DNA of 64,000 bases, from NCBI GenBank assembly GCA_950097015.1, contig CATNEN010000011.1:6262001-6326000 (forward strand). Reading direction: 5' to 3'. A model generated the notes under the pieces. The model ran no database searches, was not told the DNA's origin, and worked only from the letters and a program-made list of their open reading frames with translations. The stretch comes from Macrostomum hystrix (taxonomy: Eukaryota > Animalia > Platyhelminthes). This document shows positions 11,572 to 24,099 of the stretch, piece by piece. Each line of letters begins with the position of its first letter. Within the stretch, counting starts at the first letter, position 1. A program made the translations under genes and the position numbers.

Positions 11572-11682
11572 GCAGTTAGAGCAGCATTCGATGCTTGAAT
11601 GCTTAGACCAGCATTCGATGCTTGAATGCTTAGACCAGCATTCGATATGAAATGCAGTTAAGAGCAGCATTCGATGAATGCC
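11572..11682. repeat. Short palindromic repeat cluster (agcattcgatgcttgaatgct)
   Basis: Two full and two partial copies, with aatgcagtta(a)gagcagcattcgat repeated. Confidence 0.8.
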
Positions 11683-12630
11683 ACCGATATTTAAGCTCCA
11701 ATTTTACCTCCAGTTAGTTGCTTTTAATGCTTGTATGTTTTTTAGATAGAAAATTTAGCTGTGTCGGCTAGATGAATGTAGTGCAAAAAGTTTAAACGTA
11801 GTGCATAAGTATATTGAAAATAATTTCTGTTGTTTTTGCTTTGGTTTTTATAAAAATCTAAACTAAATGATAATTCAAAACGCTATCCCAAGCTTCTAGT
11901 CTTTACAAATGTAGTTCTTCAAGCGTAAGTATATGAAATCAAGGTTTTAGGTTACCGCCAAATAACAATACAAAAGGTTGAAATAAATAAAAGCGCTAAA
12001 ATTAAAAAGGAAGCTTTAAATGTTCGTAACTCCGGAGCTCAATAAACATAACAAAGTGAAATTTATTTTTTTATGAGTGCGACAAAAAGAAATCTTATTT
12101 ATAATTGTTTAGCGCTTATATTTTTCTTTTTTTTAATGATGCTTCTAGATGCGTTTATCAAAAATTTTGTGCTGTTGTCTAGCAAGTTTTCGTGGCGCAA
12201 ATGCAACTCGAAGTCATGTTTACTTTTTTAGTCGAGCAGTTTTAGTTGTCGGCATTTCTAACGCAGCTTGCCAATAAACATTTGAATTTTTCACCATTGG
12301 ACTTTCTTGTTACTTTGTTTGGTCGATATTAGTTTTATTTAGAACTTATATGTCAAAATGTCTATTTGTCTGAAGATGTACAAAATAGAATAAAGAGCAT
12401 TGACTTCTTGCTAACGCATTACTATTAATCCATATTATTTATTAGCTTCTACTTTATGCTACAAATCAAATAAGAAAATTTTATTTAGCTTTTTATATTT
12501 TGTCAGATTTAAATGAAGTATTAAACTTTAATGGCAGAGCCAGAGCAAATAAATATGCCTCTTAATTTCAGTTGCGAACACAGTCCACTTAAAAATTGAA
12601 ATTGAAATAAATTCAATAGAATAAGCCAGC

Positions 12631-12701
12631 ATGGGTTGTGGCAACAGCACTCCAGTTCAGTCGAACAGCCCACCGACTAAATATCCGAAAAACACATCTC
12701 A

Positions 12702-12740
<39 letters not shown>

Positions 12741-15700
12741 TCAACATCAACATCAACAACAGCAGCAGCAGCAGCAACAGCAGCAACAGCAGCAACAGCA
12801 GCAACAGCAAACACAGCAGAAAGCGGTAATACACTAGAAAGCGAGATTATTTAAATCTAAGCACCATTTTAGAACACTTTTGATTGATTTGACCGAATTT
12901 CATGAATCATGAATCATAAATCACTTCAACATTTATCTTCGCCAGGCTCCGCCTCAGCCTCAGGCCAACAATGCAGCCCCGGTCGCTGCTAATTCTAAGC
13001 CAGTTGAACAGAATGTAAATTTGCTTTACTGAAAAAACCCATCATGAAAGATTTTACTCCGTCTATCGCTTTTATTAAATGGCAATGAGAAACGTTGTTT
13101 TGCTACCGAAATTACATGTCTGACTCTTCATGGAGCCAAAACAGATTGTGGCTGAGTAATTCACACGCCTCTTTATGACACACTGGATTGGACAGACCAT
13201 AAGATCAAAGATGCCCAACGCACCAACTGCAATCAAACAATTAGTCCCTTTACTTTACTAGACTTTAGCAACTTGATACAGACCCAACCCTTTGCATTAA
13301 CTAGTGCTTTGTTTATAACCAAAATCTCTAATTAAGCCAAAAAAGAAAAAATTAATTTCTTTTTCTGCGGTCATTAGACGGTCAGCTAGCTCAAACCAGA
13401 TTTGTCTTCACCACCTGAGTCGCATTTCTAAATAGCCCATCTATGCACACTCTTAAACAGTTTGATAATAGCAGCCTCATTTTAAATTATTTTCACCTGT
13501 GAAACTTCACAGCCGAGCAAAGCCGCCCTAGACAAAGGCACTCTGGTTCGCTACGTTGAAATCGAGAAGGAAGTCAACCGACTCGAGGCGATGAACGTTG
13601 TGCAGCACCTGCAGATGAAATGGGAAGAATTAAAATCCTTAGAGGAGGACATTCGAAGATTGACAGCTATTTATCAGTCATGTCAGGAGCAGACGTGAGT
13701 TGTGAAGTGATAAGAATTTTTAAAGTTTAATGACGTCATTCTTACAATGTGACGTCATCTTAGCTAGATGACGTCATAGAAGCTTAATATTGTCATTGTT
13801 ATTGGATTTAAAAAGACTGATAAACTGCCCATTTTTGCAGCCTCAAAGAGAAGAAGGACGTTGACAACATGCAGGAGCCAAGTGTGCGCAGCTTCTTCGC
13901 CGATCAGACATCCTTCGACGCACGCCTCTCCAAGGAGCAGGAGGAATTTCTGGCCGCGCTCAACAAACAGGAGGTAGCCCAGAAGGAGCTTGAGGTGGCT
14001 GCCAGCCAGCGAGAGAGCGCCAAGGTGGTTGTCAAAGAGCTGCACATACACGCTGAGATGCTGCAGAAGTTGTACAAGGAACAGGACCAGATCCTGGGTG
14101 AGCGGCCTATTCTCAGCTGTGGATTGAATGACCCTCATCAAAATGACCCTTATCAAAATGACCCTCGTCAAAATGATCCTTATCAAAATGATCCTCTTGA
14201 GAATGACCGTCACGAAGAATGACCCTCAGGATATAAGACCCTCTCGAAGAATGATCATCAGAAAGAATGATCCTCATCAAAATGACCCTCACGAAGAATG
14301 ATCATCAGAAAGAATGATCCTCATCAAAATGACCCTCATGAAGAATGGCCCCTAAGTGGAGGGTTTTCGAAAAAATGCAATGACTTCATAATCTAACCTG
14401 TTACCCAAAATTACTCAACTCCCATTCCTCCTAGCAACCATATTTGACAGCAAATACGGCAGCGACTTGGAGTACCGTCTGGAACGCGAGCACGACGTCT
14501 GCTGCGAGAAGCAGCAGAGAATCTCGGCCGCCAAGGCGCGCTGGCAGGCTGCTCGGCTGCTGGTGCAGCACGCGCACTCGCAGCTGGGGTACGCCGTTCA
14601 GCGATGGGACTACATCTGCCGCATCCCGGCTGAGTGAGTATCCGCTGCTGACTGTCTCTGGCATTAATAGAACCAGGGCTATGAGGTCCGTGTCAGAGCG
14701 GTCTAACGCGTTTGCCTCTTGCACCAAGGTTACTGAGTTCGATTCCGCGGCGAGGCCACATTCATTTGGGGCGCAGCCGCGGAGAGAAGGCTTGGGGACT
14801 TGTCGTGCAATTTACGCCCTTGAGGGCCAAACTCCAAGGCACAGTGAGAGTGTACACTGCCTGACGATGACAAAATCAGGGCAGATGTACCACATGTGTG
14901 AGCATATGCCTGCGTACAGTATATGTGTGCGTGTGTGCTCAGGAATCAGCGAATGGGCAGCATTGCCTCCTCGCTGACTGCGGGTCTAGTGTCACCAAAT
15001 GATGTGCCCTTGCCCGCAGCCCTCCTGCAATTATTTTTATCAGGCTATGAGGCTGTAGCCTTGTGGTTAGCGCGTTGGACTCACGATTTGAAGGTCGGGG
15101 GGTTAGATTACCTACTCCCCTGAAACAATTTGTGTCCTATAGCAAGAAACTTAACCCAACATCTGTACTGCATTGCTGTAAAATAGGTACCAGCATTAGC
15201 TGGGTTAATTAAGGGTGGGTTTGGCGTCCCCTCAGTCCATGGACTGAACAGCCGTACGCAGCCTGCAGATGCGCCGCGCAATAGCTGCGGCTGTGCTGTC
15301 GGCTGCACATCTGGCCTGATTGAGGCAGCCAGCGTGGAGGCAATCCGCAAACTCACACAGGTGTGTACGTCTGCCCCGACTTTCTCATCGTCAGGCAGTG
15401 TACACTCTCACTGTGCCCTGGAGGTTGGCCCTAAAGGACGTGAATAGCTGTGACGCGACTGTACAAATCCATAACGCGATACCGCCCCTCCGCTTTCAGG
15501 GACAAAAGATTAACAAAGCAAACGCGTGCCAGGTTTCTAAACTAAACAAAACTAAACCACATTTTAGCAATGCATGCTGAGGAGCTCTGTCTCGCTTATA
15601 TACAATATTTAAGACACAATTCTTAAATTTAATTATTATACAACTATTCAGCGAATATTCAAGAGGAAATTGGTCACAGTGAACAGTAATATGGATAAAG

Positions 15701-18700
15701 CTTTTCATATTTAATCATTGTTTCGGGTCTTATATTATATATGGTTACTTACATTTTAATATTATTCGAATCTTCGGTTTACAAACAGTTCAGAGCTTAA
15801 AGAACTGAAGCCGCAGCAGCAGCAACAGCAGGAGGTTCTGGAACAGAACCTCGATGCTTTGGATAGAAATATAAGGCATCTGCAATTCCTTCGTTGGTTC
15901 GTTAATAAAAAATACGAGATGCATAATCTAACAAAACTTACCGACGGTTGCAAAATGACATCTTGAAATCACAAAAGCACAATATAACTAGGATAGCATC
16001 GCCTACTCAGAAACACCACCGCCTACTCAGAAACACCACCACATACTCAGAAACACCACCGCCTACTCAGAAACACCACCACATACTCAGAAACACCACC
16101 GCCTACTCAGAAACACCACCGCCTACTCAGAAACACTACTGCCTACTCAGAAACACCACTGCCTACTCAGAAACACCACTGCCTACTCAGAAACACCACT
16201 GCCTACTCAGAAACACCACCGCCTACTCAGAAACACCACTGCCTACTCAGAAACACCACCGCCTACTCAGAAACACCACCACATACTCAGAAACACCACT
16301 GCCTACTCAGAAACATCACCACATACTCAGAAACACCACCGCCTACTCAGAAACACCATCGCCTACTCAGAAACACCACCACATACTCAGAAACACCACT
16401 GCCTACTCAGAAACACCACCGCCTACTCAGAAACACCACCGCCTTCTCAGAAACACCACCACATACTCAGAAACACCACTGTCTACTCAGAAACACCACC
16501 ACATACTCTGAAACGCCACCGCCTACTCAGAAACACCATCACCTACTCAGAAACACCACCACATACTCAGAAGCACCACCGTCTACTCAGAAACACCACC
16601 GCCTACTCAGAAACACCACCACATACTCAGAAACACCACCGCCTACTCAGAAACACCACCGCCTACTCAGAAACACTACTGCCTACTCAGAAACACCACT
16701 GCCTACTCAGAAACACCACTGCCTACTCAGAAACACCACTGCCTACTCAGAAACACCACCGCCTACTCAGAAACACCACTGCCTACTCAGAAACACCACC
16801 GCCTACTCAGAAACACCACTGCCTACTCAGAAACACCACCACATACTCAGAAACACCACCGCCTACTCAGAAACACCACCACATACTCAGAAACACCACC
16901 GCCTACTCAGAAACACCACCACATACTCAGAAACACCATTGCCTACTCAGAAACACCACCGCCTACTCAGAAACACCATCGCCTTCTCAGAAACACCACC
17001 ACATACTCAGAAACACCACCGCCTACTCAGAAACACCATCGCCTACTCAGAAACACCATCGCCTACTCAGAAGCACCACCACATACTCAGAAACACCACC
17101 GCCTACTCAGAAACACCACCACATACTCAGAAACACCACTGCCTACTCAGAAACATCACCACATACTCAGAAACACCACCGCCTACTCAGAAACACCATC
17201 GCCTACTCAGAAACACCACCACATACTCAGAAACACCACTGCCTACTCAGAAACACCACCGCCTACTCAGAAACACCACCGCCTTCTCAGAAACACCACC
17301 ACATACTCAGAAACACCACTGTCTACTCAGAAACACCACCACATACTCTGAAACGCCACCGCCTACTCAGAAACACCATCACCTACTCAGAAACACCACC
17401 ACATACTCAGAAGCACCACCGTCTACTCAGAAACACCACCGCCTACTCAGAAACACCACCACATACTCAGAAACACCACCGCCTACTCAGAAACACCACC
17501 GCCTACTCAGAAACACTACTGCCTACTCAGAAACACCACTGCCTACTCAGAAACACCACTGCCTACTCAGAAACACCACTGCCTACTCAGAAACACCACC
17601 GCCTACTCAGAAACACCACTGCCTACTCAGAAACACCACCGCCTACTCAGAAACACCACTGCCTACTCAGAAACACCACCACATACTCAGAAACACCACC
17701 GCCTACTCAGAAACACCACCACATACTCAGAAACACCACCGCCTACTCAGAAACACCATCGCCTTCTCAGAAACACCACCACATACTCAGAAACACCACC
17801 GCCTACTCAGAAACACCATCGCCTACTCAGAAACACCATCGCCTACTCAGAAGCACCACCACATACTCAGAAACACCACCGCCTACTCAGAAACACCACC
17901 ACATACTCAGAAACACCACTGCCTACTCAGAAACATCACCACATACTCAGAAACACCACCGCCTACTCAGAAACACCATCGCCTACTCAGAAACACCACC
18001 ACATACTCAGAAACACCACTGCCTACTCAGAAACACCACCGCCTACTCAGAAACACCACCGCCTTCTCAGAAACACCACCACATACTCAGAAACACCACT
18101 GTCTACTCAGAAACACCACCACATACTCTGAAACGCCACCGCCTACTCAGAAACACCATCACCTACTCAGAAACACCACCACATACTCAGAAGCACCACC
18201 GTCTACTCAGAAACACCACCGCCTACTCAGAAACACCACCACATACTCAGAAACACCACCGCCTACTCAGAAACACCACCGCCTACTCAGAAACACTACT
18301 GCCTACTCAGAAACACCACTGCCTACTCAGAAACACCACTGCCTACTCAGAAACACCACTGCCTACTCAGAAACACCACCGCCTACTCAGAAACACCACT
18401 GCCTACTCAGAAACACCACCGCCTACTCAGAAACACCACTGCCTACTCAGAAACACCACCGCCTACTCAGAATCCACCCCACTGCCTACTCAGAAACGCC
18501 GACACCTGCTCAGAAACACCATCGTCTACTTAGAAACACCGACGCCTACTCAGAATCCACCCCACTGCCTTCTCAGAAACACCACTGCCTACTCAGAAAC
18601 AATGTCCGAATGTCCTCTTCATACGAAACTTGATCCTCAATAATTTCTCAGGAACAGCCAGATGCGGTACGGCATAGCTACCGAAGTTCGCAACTACCTG

Positions 18701-21700
18701 ATCGCTGCCAGCACCAATCTGAGAAACAGCCAGGGCTACTTGAAGGGAATCGATTTTCCTTACTGCAAAATCGATGAGGTAAACGCATTAACTTTTCCTA
18801 ATACAAAATTCCAGCTATATCTTGCAAAATAACCGCCTTATTTGCAGGTGAACACACTTGAACGGGCGACAAACAACATTTATGGAGACATGGCCATTCC
18901 AGAGCGACACCAGCACGCCATGAATGTTTATCGCTCGATCTTCCAGCGGTCGCACGCCCTGTTGCAGTGGTTTGACGTTGTAAGTGTTTGTAAATAAACT
19001 TCACTGAGGACAGGCAAGTCAGAATTTCGCAGTGTACACTGGGGGCAAGAGATTTATAAGTTCGAAGTGCACGCTGGGGGTTAGAGATAAAGAAGTTCGC
19101 AATGTACACTGGGGGTAAGAGATAAAGAAGTTCGCAATGTACACTGGGGGTAAGAGATAAAGAAGTTCGCAGTGTACACTGGGGGCAAGAGGTTAATAAG
19201 TTCGCAGTGCACGCTGGGGGTAAGAGATAAAGAAGTTCGCAATGTACACTGGGGGTAAGAGATAAAGAAGTTCGCAATTTACACTGGGGGTAAGAGATAA
19301 AGAAGTTCGCAATGTACACTGGGGGTAGAAATGTAAGCTTAAGGATGTAAACGAAAAGAAGCTCATACAAGTCTCTGCATTTGTACGCTGTAGCAGGAAA
19401 AAATACTCGAATGGCAATTCATTCCTCTATTTCAACTTAATCGCTCCAACTGATAAAAAATCTCCAAGGTCATCGACAAGACAATCGATCGCGATCTGAA
19501 GATGGCCGTAGAGGAGCTTTTTGCTAAAAAGCGCGAACTGCGAATCGAACGCGTTCGCCTCATCAAGGAGAGGCTGGTGGAGCTGTTCGGAGCGCAGGAG
19601 GCCGCTGCTGCAGGTTTGGATGAAGGTAAGCTGACCTTCTAATGTACTTTCACTCTGCTTAGTCTCTTTTTATTCACGGCATGTTAGCATTTATTGCACA
19701 CATGCATAACACTGACACCATGTGTTGGATACAGTTCCATTGATGTTACACAGTTCCCTACCTGTTAGACACAGTTCCCTACCTGTTAGACACAGTTCCA
19801 CAACTGTTAGACACAATTTCATACATGTTAGATACAGTTCAATACCTGTTAGACACAGTTACATACCTGTTAAACACAATGCCCTAACTATAGACACAAT
19901 CCTTTACCTGTTAGACACAGTTCCATTCGTGTTAGATACCGTTTCGTATTTTAGTGACCTTGGCATATTTTTCCGAACAAAACACAAATTAACAAATGTA
20001 TCGTTTTTATTGAGTGCATTCTTTGACAATACATTTTAGCCAGCCTTCAACTTGATGAGGGTAATGAATTTTTTTATCTACTAATTCATGTATCATAGTC
20101 GATTTGTTTGATTGAGTTGATTTAATTAGATTTAATTAGCGTTTTTCGTGTATAGCTCGTAGCTTGACCCAATTCTGCGTTCAAATTTCATGCATTAAGC
20201 TTCGCGTTTAGAACTAATCTCCCAGACCTTAAAAATCCTAACATATTTAGTTTTCATTTAGTGGTTAAAGAGCAGTGTTCTATTGCCAAACATTAATTCG
20301 ATCAGGCGCTGTGTCAGAAGTACAAGGTAAATTATGTGAACAATATTATTAAAATAATTGTTGTCAATCGTAGAAAAACAAATTCACTCCTCTAGTTGCA
20401 CAATTTAAAAAAATTAAATTAAGATTTAAAACAAAATCTTAATACGTCCTATCAAACATCAGAAATATGCTTTCAGAGAACACCGTAGTTATTAAGGCTA
20501 ATAAAATCTGCATTTCGTCCAGTGTCAGTTTCTTTGAAAAAAAATGAATTGATTATTTTATCAATACCTTCGTGGTCTTCCTAAATTGTTGAAAGCTAAA
20601 ATAATAGTACATTTTTGTTATTTTTAGAAAGCTTCTTAGTGGACTAAAACACTCTGAAAGTGCAAATAATATTTTATTACTAAATAGAGCTTGCTTAATA
20701 AACTATATAAATTCATATTTTAAAAGTGCTCAGCAAGCAATTGTTTATTACAATCAGCCTTTCAGTGTAGCCCCGCACTAATTACAGAAATTGCTTTATA
20801 CGCACCCACAAAAAATCTATAGAGAACTCCGTATCCCATGTACACTGCTTCCGTGCTTACACTGCAACACGGAGGCCAATACTCTGATGAGTATTTGTCC
20901 AGCTTGCTATAATACCATGCCAAACACAAGCTGAAGTTGTGCTCAGACGGAATCTCATGAGAGCTCAAAATACGCTGCTCCTCAGTCAGGCCACACAGTA
21001 GGAATCCTCTGTACGCATTGAGCACAGAGCTGCCACAATGGCAATGCATTCATTCCCAACAATTCCGCTGCAACTTAGCCTCACACCTGACCCCCCAAGC
21101 CTAAAAATCACTTTGGTTGCTAAGGAGCCAATGAAAACAGAGACAGGCGAGGACTCAGTAGGCCAATTAAGCCGCGCCGCTATTTTTATTTCATTGTCTG
21201 TGTAATCTCACAAAAAAAAGATAAAATTCCCTTTGGAAAAAGTAGATCTAAATTTATAATAGGTTTAGCTGGCCAACTGTTATTAATATTTACTATACAG
21301 CATTCCGTACAGTACAGTATGGAGTATTTTAAGGAGGTTGTAGCCTAGTGGTTAGAACGTCAGACTCACGAATTGAAGGTCGGGGGTTCGATTCCTGGAG
21401 CAATTTGTGTCCTTTAACAAGTCCCTTATCTCTGCATTGCTTCAGTTCAGCCAGTTGTTAAATGTGTACCAGCGTCAGCTGGGGTAATTGAGGGTGGGTT
21501 TGGCGTCCCCCCAGTCCATGGACTGAACAGCTGTACGCAGCCTTCAGATGCGCCGCGCAATAGTTATTTTAAATAAGTCGGACCTTCGATATAAAAAATT
21601 GCAACGGAACTCATTCTTCGGAGGAAACCGAGTCGACTACAGAGACTATATAATATAAAACACTTTGGAGATAAACCATTGGTTAAGATGGTTGGAACGA

Positions 21701-23330
21701 GCTAAAATTGACCCGTACTAAAAAATCACCTGCACTCCAGACGGAAACCTCACCGACGCCAGGCGACTCCAAGAGCAACTGTCGAAGGTAAACGAGGAGG
21801 AGCTCAAGAAGCAACTGGAGAATGTGAAAGTCGTACAGCCAGAGACTGTTCAGCAGTCTAAGGAAGAGGCCGCCGCTGTTGCTGCCGCTGCTGCACCCAA
21901 CGCCGGCGGTAACCCCGCGGGCGACGGAAAGTCTGACGAAGGCAAAGCTCCCAAAGTGGAAGCGGTGCCGCTGAAGGAGCTAGCGCCGCCACCTAGTCAG
22001 GATCAGCTGTTTGGTGCGTAATTGTACTTTTCTGTTTGCAGCTGACATACAGGAAATGTTGACAGGCCTCACAAGCTGTTGGATATATAAACCAAGCTGT
22101 TAGATACGGACATCAAGCTGTTAGACATGGACATCAAGCCGTTAGATACGGAAATCAAGCTGTTAGACATGGACATCAAGCTGTTAGATACGGACATCAA
22201 GCTGTTAGATACGGACATTAAGCTGTTAGATACGGACATCAAGTTGTTAGATACGGACATCAAGTTGTTAGATACGGACATTAAGCTGTTAGATACGGAC
22301 ATCAAGTTGTTAGATACGGATATCAAGTTGTTAGATACGGACATCAAGTTGTTAGATACGGACATCAAGCTGTTAGATACGGACATCAAGTTGTTAGATA
22401 GGGAAATCAAGCTGTTAGATACGGACATCAAGTTGTTAGGTACGGACATCAAGTTGTTAGATACGGACATCAAGTTGTTAGATACGGAAATCAAGCTGTT
22501 AGATACGGACATCAAGCTGTTAGATACGGAAATCAAGCTGTTAGATACGGACATCAAGCTGTTAGACACGGAAATCAAGCTGTTAGATACGGACATCAAG
22601 CTGTTAGATATGAACATTAAGCTGTTAGATACGGACATCAAGTTGTTAGATACGGACATCAAGTTGTTAGATACGTTGGATAGGAATAATAGCTTACTCG
22701 ATGTAAAAACCGTTTTTTCTCCTGTTCAGACAAGTTTCGAACAATAAAAATTGCCTCTTAACTCGAATTTAGGCGACATCGACTCGATCAAGAAGCAGTA
22801 CGAGATTGACATGGAAGAATTTCAGCGCGCCCAAGATGTCAACAGGGTCAGGGTCGAGCAGGGGCTGCAGGTTGGTTGAACTAATTTTTTTGGTTTTCAA
22901 AAGTGATTGATTCAAGTTACTTAAAGAATCATTTTCTTTCTAAGAAGAACACGATTCCCTTGAAATTAAACGATAGTTTTTAATTAGTCACACGTGTCTT
23001 TATTTTCTCTGTTAGACACCAGCTTCTTTGGGCTAGACAGAATCTTAGACACCTGTTAGACACAACATTTAACCTGTTAGACACAATATTTGACCTGTTA
23101 GACACTGTATTCTACCTGTTAGACACTGTATTTTACCTGTTAAACACAGTATAAAGAACCAGAGGCGCAATTTAAACAAACTTAGTTTTGTCGCCGTTTG
23201 GCACCGTTTTGAAACGCGAAAATGTTGCCGTTTCCAGGAAAAGCTGGCGGCCAGAAAGTCTCGCAAGGCTCGCAAAATGGCCCAACAGGAGCAGACGGAG
23301 AAGCTGCTGCAGGAGAGTGGCAGCGCCTAG
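12631..23330 (+). CDS. Coiled-coil protein of unknown function with MGCGNS N-terminus and polyQ, about 593 aa; 11 exons: 12631-12825, 12946-13014, 13513-13694, 13841-14097, 14435-14633, 18652-18778, 18848-18979, 19469-19625, 21741-22013, 22773-22870, 23238-23330
   Basis: All GT-AG junctions phase-compatible, total 1782 nt; MGxxxS myristoylation consensus; helical charged sequence; FPYC, PERHQHA and ALLQWFD recall an uncharacterised invertebrate family. Confidence 0.85.
14130..14345. repeat. Degenerate 15-bp repeat (aaaatgaccctcatc)
   Basis: Tandem atgaccctc/atgatcctc units in intron 4. Confidence 0.85.
14685..15040 (+). mobile_element. SINE family A, full length
   Basis: tRNA-like head (gtcagagcggtctaacgcg...gagttcgattcc), shared body, tail gccctcctgcaattattt. 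Confidence 0.88.
15045..15325 (+). mobile_element. SINE family B, full length, directly behind the SINE-A copy
   Basis: Head gaggctgtagccttgtggttagcgcgttggactcacgatttgaaggtcggggg; CORE-like gtgtcc..agcaagaaacttaaccc..ctgtaaaataggtacc; tail cacatctggc. Confidence 0.85.
15345..15445 (-). mobile_element. SINE family A internal fragment
   Basis: ctgccccgactttctcatcgtcaggcagtgtacactctcactgtgccctggaggttggccct. Confidence 0.75.
16000..18600. repeat. 20-bp minisatellite (gcctactcagaaacaccacc), about 2.6 kb, with higher-order structure
   Basis: Indel-free 20-bp register over about 2.45 kb; diagnostic variants recur at 840 and 780 bp. Confidence 0.98.
19030..19325. repeat. 35-bp minisatellite (aagttcgcaatgtacactgggggtaagagataaag)
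   Basis: About 8 tandem units. Confidence 0.95.
19730..19940. repeat. Degenerate 21-bp repeat (acacagttccctacctgttag); related patch at 23010-23150
   Basis: Repeated cctgttagacaca motif. Confidence 0.8.
21333..21565 (+). mobile_element. SINE family B copy
   Basis: gaggttgtagcctagtggttagaacgtcagactcacgaattgaaggtcgggggttcgattcc head; shared gggtgggtttggcgtcccc..agtccatggactgaacag body. Confidence 0.88.
22075..22675. repeat. 21-bp minisatellite (atcaagctgttagatacggac)
   Basis: About 28 tandem units in intron 9. Confidence 0.97.
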
Positions 23331-24099
23331 ACAAGATCAAAAACAGAGATCGAACCACTGACCTAATAGGAAAATATTTAACAGAGCCATGACACAAAGT
23401 CGCAAGCTTTGTCCTCCGTCCAACCAGATTTTTCCCCGCTTTTTCTGTCGCAGCGCACAAACTAATTAAATTCCATTATTATCTGCTGAAGCTGCAAAAG
23501 TGCAAAGAATTAAAAGTGCAAACTTATTCGTTTCCGCTGTACTATTTTCACTGCTTGCTTTTTCCTCGCAATTATTTTCCCTGAAGCTAAATTGCGCAAT
23601 CAAACGCAATTGGCCTTTAAGATTTTCTATATTTTAGCCGCTTTTTCACAATTTTTTGCAGAACCGCAATTGATTTTGTTTGAGTCGAAATTCCACTCGC
23701 AACAAATGCAATACTCACTAATTAAAAATCTGAATTAAAAAAATAGTCACACAAGCGACACTTTGGTAAGTAGACTATGCAGTCTATCACGTCTTAAATT
23801 CTGTCTAATCAAACATTTACACTGCTAAAGTTTCTAAATGAATTCTTTGTAGTCAAAAGCATGCTTAACATACAAAGCTACTGAGTTACTTCTTTTGTGA
23901 TATTTTGACCCTTCTGTGGCTAATATAAATATATATCCGAACAGAAATGAAATCCAAATATCTATGCTTCTAAGAAACACGTTTTTTTAATTCGAGTTTT
24001 CACTTTTATCCTCTTGATTCAAGATTCTCCTAATCCTCCCAATTCCATATTCTAATACTCCTACTAACCCAAGTTACTACTCCTACTAATTCTCCTAAT

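Noticed and set aside
12613-12834. Poly-Leu minus-strand ORF
   Set aside because: Antisense shadow of the polyQ exon.
16000-18600. CRISPR array interpretation of the tandem arrays
   Set aside because: Units are contiguous with no unique spacers, no cas genes, and the DNA is intron-containing eukaryotic sequence.
16939-18633. 564-aa ORF and similar long ORFs over arrays (38444 extension, 38845, 38868, 54418, 56100, 59181, 60563)
   Set aside because: They are stop-free translations of tandem repeats inside introns or intergenic DNA; flanking splice sites explain the real exons.
21333-21405. Functional tRNA-Val gene
   Set aside because: No complete acceptor stem; it continues into SINE body shared with other copies.
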